Assembly: GCA_963662545.2 (NCBI GenBank) | Contig: CAXXLL010000003.1 | Span: 2,688,001-2,752,000 of the forward strand | DNA length: 64,000 nucleotides | Direction of reading: 5' to 3' | Origin: Gammaproteobacteria bacterium | GTDB lineage: Bacteria; Pseudomonadota; Gammaproteobacteria; Ga0077536 | Shown: positions 62,422 to 64,000 of the stretch, piece after piece | How positions within the stretch are numbered: the stretch's first letter is position 1 | Layout of the letters: each line of letters begins with the position of its first letter | Notes under the pieces: generated by a model | Databases searched by the model: none | What the model saw: the letters and a program-made list of their open reading frames with translations, nothing else | What the model was told of the DNA's origin: nothing | Position numbers and translations under genes: made by a program

Positions 62422-63557
62422 GGAATTTGCAAAAACACCGGTGAGGCGCCCAACTCATCCACGGTGCGCAAATGTTCACCGGATTTGGCATCGTATACAT
62501 CGAGGGTCGAACCTCCGAATAACGTCGTAAAAAGCAACGGCTCGGCATCCTGGCTGACCCGTACTGCAGTCGCCGGATGCTTGGCCTTAATGCGTTGTAA
62601 TCGGACGTGCTTCTCGAAATCGTAAACCCATATCTCTTCGGCGGGATCCCAGAACGTGTATTTCCCGCCCTTATGCATCAGGACGAACAAGCGCTGATTC
62701 GCCGCGTGGGCGGCGATTAACTGATGTCCGCCGACTCGCCATGATGCTTGGCGCTCGTCCTCGCTCGCTAATGACCAGGGGGTCGAGAGCGTTAACTCCT
62801 TCCCGCTAGCGTCGAACGTATGTATATATCCCTCGCGAGATACGAACAACCATCGATTTCCGATTCGAACGCCGTCTTCCTCGATCGGATCCTTGTCCGG
62901 ATCGAAAGCCGATTTCGTCAGTGTTCTGTCTATTTCTTGGCCCTGGTCATCGAGTTGCAGGGACATCAAGGAGCCGTCGCCACAGATCATGAAGAAGCTA
63001 TGCGAGCCTGTCGGATAGACCAGGGAGCAGCCGGGCGTTTCGATTTCGCTCAAGGTTTTGCGTGCTTTCACGTCGATAACCGTGACAGATTGCGCCGGCG
63101 TGAAGTTGTAGATGACGATAAATCGGTCTGCGTCGGTAATAGCCATATGGCCTTCGGTCGGGATACCGGTCAGGCGTTTATTCGGGATTATTATCTCGCC
63201 GATCGGTTTTAATTCCTGCGCGTCGTAGATGCCGATGATATCAGTGCGTTCGCCGCGAGTGCCGCGCGAATAGTAGGTCTCGGTCGTGTAAAGCGTGTTC
63301 TTATCCGTGGGAAAGAGGATCTTGGTGGGGAAAAGTCCAAGCCCCAGCATGCCGAGAAAGCGGCCGCTGTCACCGTCGACCAGGTACGCTTTGCCGTTCA
63401 CGAGGCTGTACAGGTTGATATCGTTGACCCATACCCAATGGGGGCCGGCCTCGGCGGGAAGCCGCTCGCTCTTCTGGACATCGTGTTCGAGTTCGGCGAA
63501 AGCAATCGTGCTCGTGATGAGTAGGCCGCAGATAACGGCCAGCACTTTTCGCTCCAT
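62418..63557 (-). CDS. mauB: TTQ amine dehydrogenase large subunit (MauB/AauB)
   Basis: TYYSRGTRGERTD, NFTPAQSV-V-D, PGC, CGDG, WR-GG-Q, EIWVYD. Confidence 0.92.
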   Translation of the reverse strand: MERKVLAVICGLLITSTIAFAELEHDVQKSERLPAEAGPHWVWVNDINLYSLVNGKAYLVDGDSGRFLGMLGLGLFPTKILFPTDKNTLYTTETYYSRGTRGERTDIIGIYDAQELKPIGEIIIPNKRLTGIPTEGHMAITDADRFIVIYNFTPAQSVTVIDVKARKTLSEIETPGCSLVYPTGSHSFFMICGDGSLMSLQLDDQGQEIDRTLTKSAFDPDKDPIEEDGVRIGNRWLFVSREGYIHTFDASGKELTLSTPWSLASEDERQASWRVGGHQLIAAHAANQRLFVLMHKGGKYTFWDPAEEIWVYDFEKHVRLQRIKAKHPATAVRVSQDAEPLLFTTLFGGSTLDVYDAKSGEHLRTVDELGASPVFLQIP

Positions 63558-63599
63558 GGAGGTACGATCTCTATGTGATGCGGTCGCGATGCCTCTGAT

Positions 63600-63627
63600 T
63601 TTACCCTTAATCTTACGGTTGTATACT
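63600..63627 (+). promoter_or_regulatory. Possible sigma70 promoter for the gcdH fragment
   Basis: TTTACC-16 bp-TATACT. Confidence 0.35.
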
Positions 63628-64000
63628 ACTCCCGGTACTTCGGGTCCCGCAATCAGGACGACAGATATGGAGCGTGAACGATGAGCGCAACCGCGCCGGC
63701 CCTGGCAGCCAAGTTAGCGACCGCAGAGGGTCGCATTCTTCTTTCGCCTCGGCGTGTGAAATCTCTACGTTGCTCAGAATGTCATCAACTATCGAAGCCA
63801 GAGGTCTGTACGACATCAGCGCTTCCCGTCGGGCCGTTGGTACGTTCCGGTACACCCAACCTTCGGGGGGCAGCGCGCTACTTCTTGCTTCGTCGACCAC
63901 TGCTTAGGGCCTATTCAACTCCCAGCGAATTATGGCAGCAGTTGCCGTCTTAAACGTTTGGCGACAAGGGTCTGGTCTTGGCCGAACGCCGCCGCCCGTC

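Noticed and set aside
63615-63635. GGTTGTATACTACTCCC (and the copy at 61255) as another oriIS
   Set aside because: It lacks CCTAT, lies inside rather than at the edge of the duplication, and fits a -10 box

Overview
This GC-rich, probably gammaproteobacterial 64-kb accessory region has no core operons, rRNA, tRNA or CRISPR array that I can see. It is a dense mosaic of about 20 intact catabolic or periplasmic genes, standing alone or in pairs. These include a DAP-decarboxylase-like enzyme, a dimethylformamidase large subunit, two class-III aminotransferases, an amidohydrolase, four PQQ dehydrogenases, a Rieske protein, a form-II CoxL, a TTQ amine dehydrogenase mauBA pair, RidA x2, EthD, Adc and TylF. 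Between them lie more than 15 abruptly cut pieces of unrelated genes (soxB, surE, RHS tip, fumA x3, DAHP synthase, gcdH x2, P450, MMPL, Nramp, MFS), some fused in frame. Mobile DNA comprises IS10-like IS4 elements (2 types, 3 copies), an ISNCY element x3, IS630, an IS3 nested in an IS110, a MITE, a REP doublet and five dead IS91/ISCR transposase remnants. The most striking signal is a recurring ISCR-type oriIS motif (GGCGTT-N4/5-CCTAT.C) at five or more junctions between unrelated segments, with no intact IS91 transposase in the window. I infer a rolling-circle, Helitron-like gene-capture and shuffling platform that accumulates catabolic genes. It appears to be parasitised by 47-bp and 72-bp hairpin micro-elements, and possibly by an IS110 that targets the ori. 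All calls come from motif recognition by eye; no searches were run.
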